Source: Eledone cirrhosa
Taxonomy: Eukaryota
NCBI GenBank assembly: GCA_964016885.1
Contig: OZ024747.1
Coordinates: forward strand, 52,080,001 to 52,144,000
DNA length: 64,000 nucleotides
Direction: 5' to 3'
The notes beneath the pieces were generated by a model. That model was given only the letters and a program-made list of their open reading frames with translations. It was not told the origin of the DNA and made no database searches. Shown here one piece after another: positions 26,701 to 40,714 of this stretch. The translations under genes and the position numbers were made by a program. Position 1 is the stretch's first letter. Each line of letters starts with the position of its first letter.

Positions 26701-28435
26701 TGAAGGCGGTTGGACTCCACCATGTTTAAATACCTTGGTGGCACTCCTATGATTCCATAGACAGTTAAGGTTTATGCATGCAAGTGTATAGGATATGATC
26801 TGTTTCTGTAATATTCTATATTTAAATTTCTGCGTTTCTTAATCATAAATCAACTCTCTCATTTTCCCAGCTCATTAAAGAAGTTCTAATGTTATATTCC
26901 AAAAATTAATTAGTAAATATATAAATATGCTCATAATTAAATTAATTAAAACATAAATAAAGCGCCTATTATAATGTGACCGAGGGATATAAGCAGCTTG
27001 TCTCTTTGAATTCTTACACAACTCCCAACTGCAATAAACTCAACATTGCATTTCCTATATACACTTCCGTCTTACTCCATCTTATAAATTCTAGGGGCCA
27101 TGTATTTCCGGTCGCCTAGAAAATTTATAGAAACAAATTCTCCAGAAAGGTTAATTGAATAATCGAGAATGACATTATGGAAAACATTCTTAAAATGTTT
27201 TAGAATGAGATTAACGAACTTACGTAATAACAAGAGGATGATGTGATGTTTATGATATTTCCAAAAGCATTAATATCGTAAATAAATGTCCCTATGGTAA
27301 TAATTGATGTAAGAAATCCATTTCATCTACCGCAGTCTTTTCTAAAGTGGGTTTCGATTAATGCCAGTGTTCCGAAATAAAACGTAGACTTCTATAAGAA
27401 AAGGAATCATTTCATGAAATTTAATAAAAATGTTCGATATTTTTTATATATATATGAATACATTCTCTCTCTAAGCAATTCTTGTCTCATTCAATGTACT
27501 ATTAAAATGACATACTACTGAAGCCGCCACCAAAGGCCTTGCCCAACTCATGCAACTATTAGAAAATAGAAACGGATAAAAAAAAGTTTTAAAAATACGA
27601 TGAAAAATAAATATCAATTAGATTATTTTTGTTGAATTGTTAATCAATTTTAATCTGATCCCAGAACCTCCTCTTCCACTATCACCCACACTAATTCCTC
27701 TTTCATGTAAATATTTTCACAGGTTTCTGGTAGAGGTTATTGCAGTTAATCCGTATTGCAGATAAAGGTTATCACAACGGGATAATATCACTACAAGAGG
27801 ATATATTAATAACGGATTCTAATATAGGCACAAGACCAGTAATATTTGTGAGGGGGGGGGGGGGGTCGATTGGATCGACTCTAGTAATTGACTGCCATTT
27901 TATTTTCTCCACCTCGGAAAAATAAAAAGCAAAATTGACCTCGGTGGAATAGAATGATAGCTGAACAAAACAACTTTGAGCAGATGAAGGTAGTAATATC
28001 GTTAAAGCAGTATCTGTTCCGGCTTTAAATCCCAGCGTTATCAACATTGCTTTTCATTCTTTCAAAATTGATACAATATACAATCATCTAAAGGTGGCGG
28101 ATTGGTGTAATTGTTAGAGCAACGTACGAGGTGTCTTATAGTATTTATTTCGGTTCTTTACTTTCGAATTCAAATCAGCCGTGGCCTACTTAGATGGTAG
28201 CATTAATCCAACTGAGTTGTCGACCCTGTTGCAAGTATTTGACTCAAGCCTACGGTTTGAGTATATTTTCCTAGCCCCCTCTCACTCTCACTAGATTTAG
28301 GGGCCAAGAAAAGGGTCACTAGTCTTAGTATTTTCCACTTAACTAAGGAATAAAGAAAATAAAGGTAGGATGATATCATAATTCGATGAGCATCTCCAAT
28401 AGGTACACACACATACGTACACATATTTATATATA

Positions 28436-28486
<51 letters not shown>

Positions 28487-28588
28487 ATATATGTGTGTAT
28501 ATATATATATATATATAACTCTCAAGAGCGTGAAACTAATAAACCTTTGTTCGTACTGCCTCTCTGTTTTGTTCCCGTTCAATTTTTT

Positions 28589-28630
<42 letters not shown>

Positions 28631-28682
28631 GCTACAGAGCTTAGCTTTGTTTACAAACAGCGGAGAATTTGAAATTAGATAA

Positions 28683-29450
28683 TGAAAATAGCGTTTCCGC
28701 CGTATTGTTGACTAATTAAATTAGCTTAATAGTTGGAGTTATAGAAACTCACAGAATAGAAACAGGATGTATGTATTCATATGCTATGCCATATCGGTAG
28801 AGAGTCGGACGCCATGCTTTGACGCATAGAGTTACGGCCCTTGTCATTCTGAGTTCAAATCCCGCTGAGGTTAACTTTGCCTTTCATCCTTACGGGGTCG
28901 ATAAAATAAAGTACCAGTAATGCACTGGGTAATTGCTGGCTTTGTGCCAAAAGTAGAAACAATTATTATATTGCTTCAATATAATTGTTTCTACTTTTGG
29001 CACAAGGCCAGCAATTACCCAGTACATTACTGGTACTTTATTTTATCGACCCCGTAAGGATGAAAGGCAAAGTTAACCTCGGCGGGAATAATAGCATGGC
29101 AGTATCGGTAGAGGGTCCGACACCATGCTTTGCAGCACAGTTACGTCCCTTTACGGTTTGAGTTCAAATCCCGCCGAGGTTAACTTTGCTTATCATCCTT
29201 ACAGGGTCGATGCACTGGAATAATTGCTGGCCTTGTGCCAAAAGTAGAAACAATTATTATATTGCTTCAAATTGAGTGGAAATTTGATGGGTGACGTATT
29301 GGTGTAGCACAGTGGTCATGATAGCCAAAGATATGGATTCGTGTCCCATGTAGTCCTATGCTCATCCTTTTTCAATTTTGTGAGTTTCTATAACTCCAGC
29401 TATTAGGCTAATTTACTTAGTCAAAAATATGGGGGAAGCTCTATTTTCAC
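28683..29450. mobile_element. MITE-like element with ~75-bp imperfect TIRs enclosing a SINE cluster
   Basis: tgaaaatagcg..ttgactaattaaattagcttaatagttggagttatagaaactcaca (28683-28753) versus tgtgagtttctataactccagctattaggctaatttacttagtcaa..ctattttca (29379-29450). Confidence 0.7.
28790..29250. mobile_element. Three family-A SINEs, including a tail-to-tail inverted pair
   Basis: Plus copy 28790-28968, minus copy 28980-29088, plus copy 29097-29250. Confidence 0.88.
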
Positions 29451-29460
29451 TATATAATTT

Positions 29461-29528
<68 letters not shown>

Positions 29529-30691
29529 TATCATTGGATTAGTATCACAGCTCTGGATTATGCCGTCAGGGGATATCATGCTGAGTGATATCGCAGGAAC
29601 CTATCACAGCTAGCAGGGGAAGGGATCATGAAGAAAAATTGAAAACGGAAATTCCTGTTACTATTTTTTAAATCTTAATTTTCAAATATCTTGTGGGCAA
29701 TTCTGAGCCCTTTTCTTAATATGGATTTGTCAGCAAAAATAGTATACTTATTTTTCACGATATATATCGTTTTTTATACTAAATTCTTTTTTTTTTTTTA
29801 ATATAAATAAATTTTTTTTTTTCTTTTTAATATAATGAGGCCATGACCGAAGAATAGAATAAAACCCACATCTTCTTCTATTAAACATTTTGATCCGTCA
29901 TTCAGGCGGTAAAGCGAACAGTCAACTGTGCCAAATAAATAAACCTAATTTGTGTGGGCGATTTTTGCTCTCAAACAAAAAATAAATAGAAAAAAGTAAA
30001 GAAAATAATGATAATAAATAAATAAAATAATTTCCCTTTCTCTCATTAAAATTGAAAAATAAACAAAGCATTGAAAAAATGGAAAGAAAACAAAAAATGT
30101 ATAATCAAATATATGAATAAATAAAGCCAGAATTTTGGCACAAAAGTCTTTGTTATTTTTTATTTGTCATTCAATTCAATTTTGGCACATTTTTCTCCAG
30201 CTTATCTCTCTCTTTATTTCTCTATTTCTTTCTCTCTTTCTCTCTTTCTTTGTTCCCTTTATTATTTTTTCTTTCAATATATCTCTTGACCCTCTTTTTA
30301 TCCCTTTTCTTTTCTTTTCTTTTCAGCAGAGGATTTTTGTGTATATTTATTTATTAATTTCTATTTTTAAATCACCAATTGTTAAGAGGGTTCGCTTTTG
30401 CTTTGGGGCTATTTTTTTTTATTTCTTTTTTATTTTTACTTTTAATTTTATTTAATTTTATCATATTTTATTTTTAATTTCTCCCTTGATATTTCTTAGG
30501 GTTGGTTAGAGGGATAGATATAAATAAATACAATAATAGCAACAATGACACTAACAACAGTGTTAAATCTAAAATTAAAATCAGGGAATGATACTCTCGC
30601 TTTCTCCCATACTCTCGTCTGTCTTACCGACAACCTTTATACGTAGAAAATCCATTATATATATACATATATGTATACATACACACACGCA

Positions 30692-30816
<125 letters not shown>

Positions 30817-30858
30817 ATGTATGTGTGTATATACACACACACATACATACATACATAA

Positions 30859-30889
<31 letters not shown>

Positions 30890-30930
30890 TATTGTTAAAT
30901 TTATGTAAATATATATATAAATGAATATAT

Positions 30931-31115
30931 GGAAAAGAATGAACCGAAATTTCATTTCTCACTCTTAGTACGGCTGATACCAAAGAAACCGAGCATTATA
31001 ATAAATGTTCGGTAAACCCATACGTACATATATATATGTGTGCATGTATGTATGTATATATACACATACTACTGTGCGTCTATACACATATATGTATGTA
31101 CGTATACATACTTAT
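30931..31115 (+). mobile_element. Diverged truncated relative of the 473-bp HHR repeat
   Basis: gaaccgaaatttcatttctcactcttagtacggc resembles 54143-54176; catactactgtgcgtctatacacatatatgtatgtacgtatacatactta resembles the array 3' end. Confidence 0.65.
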
Positions 31116-31118
31116 AAA

Positions 31119-31175
<57 letters not shown>

Positions 31176-31547
31176 ATATCTGTGTGTGTATGTGTATGTA
31201 TGTATCATTTTTTTATCTTTAAAATGAACTTAAAGGTTGCTACCATGCATTTTTCAAGATGGACGCCATGGCATTTCAGTCCCTTCTACCCTTCATCCCC
31301 CCTGCTCCTTACCCCTGGTATTCTTTTCTTTTTCAAATCTTTATCATTATTCTTATCATTGTTGTAGTTGTTACTATTCTTGTAGCTATAAGTGTTTCAT
31401 TACACATATACTAACACACACACACAAATATATATATACACACACATATATATATACATATATATATATATATGTGCGTATGTAGTGTAGGTAGTCTATG
31501 TATATATTTATATATATATATATGTGTGTGTATGTATATTTATATAT

Positions 31548-31592
<45 letters not shown>

Positions 31593-31593
31593 A

Positions 31594-31641
<48 letters not shown>

Positions 31642-33015
31642 GCATATACATATTTATTTCCATACATACACACATATACATAAATACATTGTTCTTTTCA
31701 TTATCATTTTTTTTCTCTCTCTTCTTTTCTCCTCCTTGCTATTGTAGTTATTGTAGTTGTAATTGTTTTTACTGTAGTTGTTGTAGTTGTTGTTGTGATT
31801 TTATTTTTATCTGCTGTTAATAAAAGGTTGCTGCTGGAATTTGATATTTCTACCCGTACATCCACTTGTCATGATTAACTAGCAATTCAATGCCTGAACT
31901 TAAAATGACCCATATTTTTGAATCTCCGGCTGGTTTAAAGTTGTTAGATCCAATGGGGTGTTCTAAGAGACCAACAAACACCCCCAACACCACACACACC
32001 ACCACCACCACCACCACCACCCTTTCATTTCCCCTCAACTCACTGGTCCTCTCAAATAATTGGGTTAAATTTCTTTATTTTATTTTATTTTATTTTATTT
32101 TATTTTATTTTATTTTATTTTATTTTATTTTATTTTATTTTATTTTCCTTCACTATTTATTCGACAGTTTTCTCCTTTTCTTCCTTAACTTTTTCTTCGT
32201 GTTTTTTTTTTTTAGGTTTTCTTCTTATTTAAATATATTTAAGCGTTTATATATACTAACACACTTACATACTTATATACTGACATACTTACATACTTAC
32301 ATATGTATATATATATATATTTATATATACACTTACATACTTACATACTTACTTACATACATACATATATATATATACATACACATATATACATACATAC
32401 ATACATATATACATAATACATACATACATACATATATACATGCATACATACATACATGCATACATACATACATTCCCTCGCTCTTTTCTCAAAGCCCCAG
32501 AAATTCACAGGCGCACGCAAATACGTACTCATGAAAATACAATAACCCCCCCCCCACACACACACACACACACACATATACACAAATACAGAGAGAAGGC
32601 CCCATACCCTGTAGTTGCAATGGTGCCTTACAAATATCTATTTACCTATCTTTCAAACTATCTTTTCTCCCACCCACACTATTTTTCCATCATCATCATG
32701 GCTATCATCATTAGCATTAATCTTTTCTCCTTTCCAACATCATACACTCTTCAATCTTATTTTCCTTCTCTTTTTCTCTTTCTCCTTTTACTCTTTCATA
32801 TTTCCCTGCACGACACCATAAATAAACAATATATACACACACACATACACACACACATACATACATACATACATACACATACATACTCATACATACACAC
32901 ACACCTACACACATACATACACACACATACATAGATATATACATACATACACACACACACATACATACATACACACACATGCACACATACATACACATAT
33001 GTATGTATATGTGTA

Positions 33016-33046
<31 letters not shown>

Positions 33047-33201
33047 ATATCACACACATACATACACACACATACATACACACACATATACATACATACA
33101 TACATGCGCAGACACATACATATTGTCAGGGATAAGCATTGATATATCATATATATGCGCGCGCGTGTTTGTGTGTATGTATATGTACATATATATATAT
33201 A

Positions 33202-33232
<31 letters not shown>

Positions 33233-34498
33233 GTATGTATATATATATATGTGTGTATGTGTGTATGTGTCAGTAAGCACTATTGTTTACGTGTATGTAT
33301 ATGCCTGTGTGTATGTGTATACGTATGTGTATGTGTATGTTTGTATGTGTATGTGTCAGTAAGTAGCATTATGTGTATGTGTATGCATGTATGTAATTGA
33401 GGTGACTGGAAGAAGTAAAGGGATACAAAGGTAGATAAATTTATATTTTATCTAGGTCAGTAAAGACGAATAAGCGATTAAAAATATGTTCGTGTTTATT
33501 TTAGTTTACTTTTTGTTTTCATATTTAGCTTCTCTAACGTATCTAAGGCAGGGGAGTTATGTAGTCTTACCAGCATTTAAAGGCAAAAATATTTATAGAC
33601 AACCCAACTTTGACGTTTTTATAGTTGAGAGAAAATTGGTAAAGGAAAAAAAACGAAAAATATATTTTTTTTAAATATTTACGAAGGCGCTATTATATAG
33701 TATAATAATAAATTGCGTTTGAGTTTTGCCCTTGTTGATTTTGCTTATTTGGGGATTTTTTTTTTTTTTTTTTTATGTGTGTGGGGTAGGGAAACTTCAT
33801 ATCTATCAGATCATCCTATCAGGTTTGAATACCGAAGGGAGGTTATGATAGCCCTCTGGGTGGGAGGATGTATGGGAGATTCTGGTTCGATTCTCTAGAG
33901 AGCTAATCGTCACGTCGGTCCAAAGAAACTATATTTCCATTGTGTTTTTTTTCCATTGCTGATTGATACTGTCCGCTGGTCGCAACACCTGACAGAAGGA
34001 GGAGAAGTTTGAACTCAGAATACACAGAAATGGAGCAGATATTGCAAAGCATAACATCCAACTCTTTAACAATTTCCTTCAGATCACCACCCATAGATTG
34101 GTACTTTATTTATTGACCCCGAAATGATGAAATGCGAAGTTGTGATTTGAACTCAGAGTGGAGAGTACTGAAACACATACTTAGGCTTTTAATCGTACGT
34201 CCGAACGATTCTGCCAATTTTTCGCCTACATATCTATTGTCATAGTGATACCATATGTAGGAGGCGCTTTAGCTACTGAAATACAAAATAATTGTTTCTA
34301 CTTTTGGCACAAGGTCAGCAATTACCCAGTGCATTACTGGTACTTTATTTTATCGACCCCGTAAGGATGAAAGGCAAAGTTAACCTCGGCGGGATTTACA
34401 ATATAATGTGGGGTTTGAACTCAGTAGACAGAGTCAGACATGATACCACAAAACACACCTTCCGTCTCTTCAACAATTCTGTTAATCCACGGCTCTGG

Positions 34499-34790
34499 AC
34501 TGGTACTTTATTTACCAACCTGGTCCTTATTTACGAGATCTGGTACTTATTTACGAAACCTGGTCCTTATTTACGAGATCTGGTACTATTTACGAGACCT
34601 GGTACTTATTTACGAGATCTGGTACTATTTACGAGACCTGGTACTTATTTACAACACCTGGTCGTTATTTACGAAATCTGATACTCATTTATGAGACCTG
34701 GTACATATTTACAAGATCTAATTCACGAGATCTTGGATTTATTTACTTGATCTGGTATTTATTTATGAGATTTGATACTTATTTATGAGA
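34499..34790. repeat. About 20-bp minisatellite (ctggtacttatttacgagay)n
   Basis: Direct reading; the unit resembles the SINE segment ctggtactttattttatcgac. Confidence 0.9.
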
Positions 34791-36547
34791 TGTTTCTTCG
34801 CCAATTCTTCGATGCATTCGTCGGGTAAGGAAAGTCATTGCTATTTTGTGTGCTTCTTGGACAACATTGATGTTGCTATACTAATGGTGTTATTTTTAAT
34901 AGTTTTATATTTTCTGTGTCAGTATTAATAATCACTATAGAATAATCATATTATTTTTATTTATTTACCAAGCCCAGCATTTTTTACATGCTTTTATTTT
35001 TTGTAAATCATGATCTGTACTTTAATAATTCTTTAATAGTTTTGAGGGCGTTCCCGTTTGTTGTAGTAAATAGTGACATGTTTACAGAATGATTTGACAA
35101 GACAAAAGCAATAGGATATGTCTCATAAAACTAACATATTTTGTGAAGATCGTGTATGGGTAGATCTTCTAAACTTGAATTAGTTTTGAAAAGCACAACA
35201 TTCTTCGTTAAAGTTAATCGTACGAGAGAAAATCATGTCGCTTCGAGTAGCGACTCAAAAATGCGTCTTACTAAGACATCAGTAAATAGAAACAATAGCA
35301 ACAGTAGTGACAATAATAGTTTCTGATTGAGGCTCAAGACCAACAATTTGGGTGGAAAGGAAAGTCGATTAAATCTACCCCAATATGTACTGATACTTTA
35401 TTTTATCGACCTCGTAAGGATGAAAGTCAAAGCTAACTTCGGCGGGATTTGAACTCAGAACATAAATGGCCTTAACTAAATACTGCAAAGCATTTTGTCC
35501 GATGCTCTAACTATCCTGTAAAATAATAGTGATAAGTGAATGTGATATGATAAAATTATTAAATTGGATCGGCAAGAATTATCCGAAAAGGTTTTGACAC
35601 AATGAAAGGACAGCTATGAATAGAAACGAAGAACCTTAATAGGAGAAAATACTAAAATGCTTCTCATCCTAGATCATGTGTTATTGTCCGTGTTACGGCC
35701 CAAATAGCAATACCGTATAATAGTAATAGTAAATAAATAATAGAATATTTAATATTTATTTATGAACCCTTTTCGTGACCGATGTTTTGAAATATTATTA
35801 ATAAAATAAAGATAATATCATACAGTTCTGTGAAATTCGGTAGCAAAGAGGAAATTTGATATTTTAGTAACGGCTGCAATACACCAAAATGGCTGCTAAA
35901 GTGGTGTGTGTTGAGTCTAATGTAATTTTTTTCGAAATAAATAAATAAATAAAGTTTTAATGAACTAATTAAGGAAGAGAGTAAAGGTTAATGGCTGCCA
36001 AGGAAGACAGAAGTGGAGGGGGTATAATTTTCATTTAATTATTTATTTTTATTTATTTTTGTATTAATAATTTTTCTATTAATTAGGTTCTCTTTCTTAA
36101 AATGGGAAAAAAAGAATGTCAAAGAGAGACATTTTGACGAGGTGGAGGGAGGGTATTAGGAAAGAAGAAGAAGAAGAAGAAGAAGAAGAAGGGGGAGGGG
36201 GAGGTAACATGACGATGATGATAACGACAAAGATGATGTTGATAGTGTTGAACTTAACCCAGATTTCTTGAATAAATTCTGGATAACATCGTGACCTGGA
36301 CATCAGTCATAACGACAATAAGTCGTCAAATCTTTATCATATTATACACACACTCACACACACACACAAACACTCACACACGCACACACATATATGTATA
36401 TATGTATATATATATATACATATACATACACCTATATATATGTGTGTGCGTGTGTGAGTGTTTGTGTGTGTGTGTGTGTGAGTGTTTGTGTCTGTGTGTG
36501 TGAGTGTTTGTGTGTGTGTGTATTACCACATTTATTTTTGGAAAGCC

Positions 36548-36598
36548 AGATTTCTGATGATTTCTAAAGAATGAAACAGTTCTAGTCCTGTAGAATCT
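36548..36598 (+). ncRNA. Solo type I hammerhead ribozyme in a ~95-bp island between (TG)n and (TA)n
   Basis: AGATTT CTGATGA T TTC taaa GAA T GAA ACAG ttctagtc CTGT A GAATCT; all three stems pair and the cleavage triplet is GUA. Confidence 0.78.
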
Positions 36599-36628
36599 CA
36601 TCTATATTAAAACTATATATATATATAT

Positions 36629-36847
36629 GTAATCTGAATTTTTCAAATATTAATAATAATATTCGGTTCGTTTATAATTATGCAAACAGCCTCTTTTAAG
36701 CCATGTCAGTAGAATGAGCCCCTCATTCTTCCTCTTGTGTTGGCATGTAATAAGGGGCTCATTCTACAGATATGGCTTAAAAGATGTTGTTTGCATAATT
36801 GCAAACGAACCGAATATTATTATTAATATTCGAAAAACTCAGATTAC
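36629..36847. mobile_element. Fold-back MITE-like element related to 17308-17572
   Basis: Arms gtaatctgaatttttc..aatattcggttcgttt..tatgcaaaca..ttttaagccat..gtagaatgagcccct and aggggctcattctac..atggcttaaaa..tgtttgcata..aaacgaaccgaatatt..ctcagattac. Confidence 0.8.
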
Positions 36848-36903
36848 GTTTATTGTATTCAGTCATGTAGAGCGATAACTTTTTTGTAGTTATACACACA
36901 CAT

Positions 36904-37116
<213 letters not shown>

Positions 37117-37502
37117 CTATATATATATTAGATATTAGTTTAACAATGATAGTAATAACAGAGACAAGTTATTTTACATATTCCTTTCATTGTTTTACGA
37201 TCGTTTCGGAGGGTTGATCAGATTGATATATTGACTGATCTATAGCAGTTAGAGAACTGTATACTATCAGACATAATATACGGGTTCGATTATAAGTCAA
37301 CTGAGGCAGTACTTTTCTTTTCAAGTCTGGTGCTTATTTCATCCACACACGTCCGCGCGCGCACACACACACACTCACACACACTCATATACACACACTC
37401 ACACACATACACACACACAGATACATATATATATATATATATGATTAAAATAACAGGGTGCCGGACTTGGGGCATCCTTTTAAAGTGTTATTGTTACAAA
37501 AA

Positions 37503-37564
37503 ACGCTATATATATATTTTTCAACGTCCTTGTTACGTAATACCCTGGTGACATCATCAGGTGT
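37503..37564 (-). ncRNA. Degenerate hammerhead in a probable inverted 5' pseudo-LTR
   Basis: Minus strand acac CTGATGA TGTC...GACG TT GAAAA atatatata TA gcgt, with one stem I mismatch. Confidence 0.4.
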
Positions 37565-37789
37565 GGATTGCACATTAGTTAATCAATAAAAGGAATTACA
37601 GAAAACATAAACAGAGAATATAGAAACTATTTGATTCGGAGATGGCACACAAAACCGGTTTTATTGTTGCGGTGGACTATCTCCGAATAACAAACTCGTC
37701 AATACTAAGCGTTGTGGGTTTAGAGTTGAACGGTTGACACCACGAAAATCTTAGATCCTGTTGAAGAACCATAAGATAAATTTTGCTGC

Positions 37790-39210
37790 AAACCAAAAAT
37801 GTCGTCTAATCAACCCACGACAGCAAACCAATTCTCGACAGTATAAAAACCACAATCAAGAGATCCGCAATTTAACTGCTTCAGTGTCATCATCAAATTG
37901 TTCAACGGCATAGACGACAAACAACTGAAAGTTCATATAAATTGACATTATTGATTTCTACCCATCCATTTCTCGCGAGCTAATCCTCCAGTCCCTGTAA
38001 TTCGGGAAAAAATACACCATCATAACAAACCACGACATACAAATTATACTAAATGCGAGGAAGTCATTGCTGCACCACGAGGCATTTTTCTGGGTTAAAA
38101 AGCACGGTGATGAGCTCGACGTCGCAATGGCTATTTTCGATGGAGCTAAGGTGGCTGAACTTGTCAGTCTATACCTGTTATACACCCTGAAGAACAAGCT
38201 CCCAGACGTTGAAATTGAACTATACAGAGACGACGAACTCGGCATGGTCCGCAACTTTAATAGACACAATAGGGATAAGCTGAGAAAAACCATAATTAGC
38301 GCCGTGCGACAGCTAGGCCTTAGGTCCACTGTTATAACCAACCGAAAAAGTGTAGATCTCCTGGATACAACCCTGAATCAAAACACGGGCCTACGCCGAA
38401 CATTTCACAAACCAAAACGGAGATTGCAGCCGCATCAACAAAGGCTCCAACAACACACCCAACATTACGCGGCAATTAGTAAAGAACGTGAGCAAGCGGA
38501 TAGCTTGTCTTCTAGTAGACATATATATTACAACCACGCATTAAAAAATATATTCAGCCAACCTGCATCAACAGAACACACAAAGTCAGGTATAACCCAC
38601 CTTCAGTCCAATGTATCTACCAACATAACCGGACACTTTCTTTCCCTTATAAAAAAAAAGCATGTTCCCACCATGCACCGCTACAATAAGATCTTCAACA
38701 AGAATACGGTTAAGGTAAGCTGCAGCCTCCTCAATAATATAGGATCAAACATCCTGACCAAGCACGCCATACAAACTAACAACACGTTTCAGGCATCCCG
38801 GGAATGCAATTACAGAGGTCAAACTCGATGCCCACAGGAACATAAATGCCTGTCCAGGCAACTCGTCTATGAAGCAGAAGTACAGGGAAAACCTACATTG
38901 GACTGACCGAAAATACATTTAAATCTCACTTTTCTCAACACCTGTATCCGTTCAATAACAGAAGATTACATAATCCAATACATCTGTCAAAATATATTTG
39001 GCTATTGAAAGACAGTGGGATGACTAACTCTACCGTCAAATGGAGCATCGTGAGAAGAGCGAAAGCCTACAACGCATGAGGCACGAGATGCCACTTATAT
39101 ACCACTGAAAAACTAAACATCCTAGCCTTATCAACTAATATCTTGAACTCTCGGGAGGAAACACTGTACTCCTGTTTACACACAAAAGAGTTCTGCACGT
39201 GTCGTTTCAA
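37790..39210 (+). pseudogene. Penelope-like element RT plus GIY-YIG ORF (decayed)
   Basis: CRLINP; DIIDFYPSIS (RT motif A); WVKK..DVAMAIFDGAKVAELV (motif B); LYRDDEL (motif C); IFNKNTVKVS; CNYRGQTRCP..CL..LVY; YIGLTENTFK; LSKYIW.LK. Confidence 0.88.
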
Positions 39211-40160
39211 ACATATCTACTCACTGGGCAGTGCACTGGATAACCCACCACCCAACCGATTACCCACCAGATAACGATGTGTACCGGATTGTGTAAATGT
39301 TTGAAGACACCACCGACCACATCACCCCGTCTAGACTCTATATCTCGGCAACCACTGCCAACCCCTAAGCCTCACTAACTGTGGGTAACCCAGCACCAAA
39401 AACAATGTTTCATATATTTCACCAGTCTTATGTGTTATATGTCATATGTCATACATTATACTCTATAATTCCATGACCTCCATCATCTTTATATTCTTCT
39501 AATCCTTATATTTCATCTTACTTCATATTACATTAGTATTATAAATTTAAAATTTTTAATTTTCTAAATTTTTAATTTTTTAATATCGAATTTCTTTTCT
39601 TCCATCTTGTCATTCTGTCATTTTGACATTTTTTGTCATCTTTCCAACTTTTCAATTTTTTCATTTTTCAACTTTTCATTTCGTCTTCTCCATTTTTCAT
39701 TTTTTCATTTTTTTATTTTTTCCTTTCTTCCTTTCTTCCCCATACCTTATATCTTATATGTGCCTAGCACCAATGCCACCCCGCCAACACCACTATCATC
39801 ATCAGATATAATTCCATAATATGGAATTCGAGGAAAACTACACCCCCATAACAGAAAATGACGTACAAAGAATAATATTTTTATAATTATTTTATAACTT
39901 TTAATTTCTTTATATATTTCCTTGTATGGCTTTTATATGTATAGGTGTGTTTGTGTGTATATTTATCTGCGTATATATATAAGCACCTGCGTATTTGTAT
40001 TTAGTGAGTATGAATGTATATAAACGTTTGTGTGCATATATGTATATTTATGTACACGTGTAATTGTATACATATATTATTCCATCCACCATTCCATCCC
40101 TACCAACCTTTTCATTAAAACCCTACACACACACCTTCACATTTATCACCAGCCTCCAAG

Positions 40161-40569
40161 TGACCAGTTAAAATTCTATGGCTATGATCACTGACCAGTT
40201 AAAATTCCATGGCTATGCCCACAGACTAGTTAACATTCTATGGCTATGATCACTGACCAGTTAAAATTCTATGGCTATGCCCACAGACTAGTTAAAATTC
40301 TATGGCTATGATCACTGACCAGTTAAAATTCTATGGCTATGATCACTGACCAGTTAAAATTCTATGGCTATGCCCACAGACTAGTTAAAATTCTATGGCT
40401 ATGATCACTGACCAGTTAAAATTCTATGGCTATGCCCACAGACTAGTTAAAATTCTATGGCTATGATCACAGACTAGTTAAAATTCTATGGCTATGATCA
40501 CTGACCAGTTAAAATTCTATGGCTATGCCCACAGACTAGTTAAAATTCTATGGCTATGATCACTGACCA
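40161..40569. repeat. 31-bp minisatellite with two interspersed variants, about 13 units
   Basis: gac(c/t)agttaaaattctatggctatg(atcact/cccaca). Confidence 0.93.
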
Positions 40570-40714
40570 AAATACTGTCCAATATCACTCATTATAACCT
40601 TACTCTTTTTCACACAGATATATAGATAGATACATAGGTAGATAGATACATAGGTAGATAATTATAGATAGATAGATAGAAAGATAGGTAAGTAGATAGA
40701 TAGATAGATAGATA

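Noticed and set aside
37188-37277. Minus-strand CTGATAG...GAAACGATCGTA motif
   Set aside because: Stem III looks right, but the core lacks a base and stem I has two mismatches; at most a dead relic.
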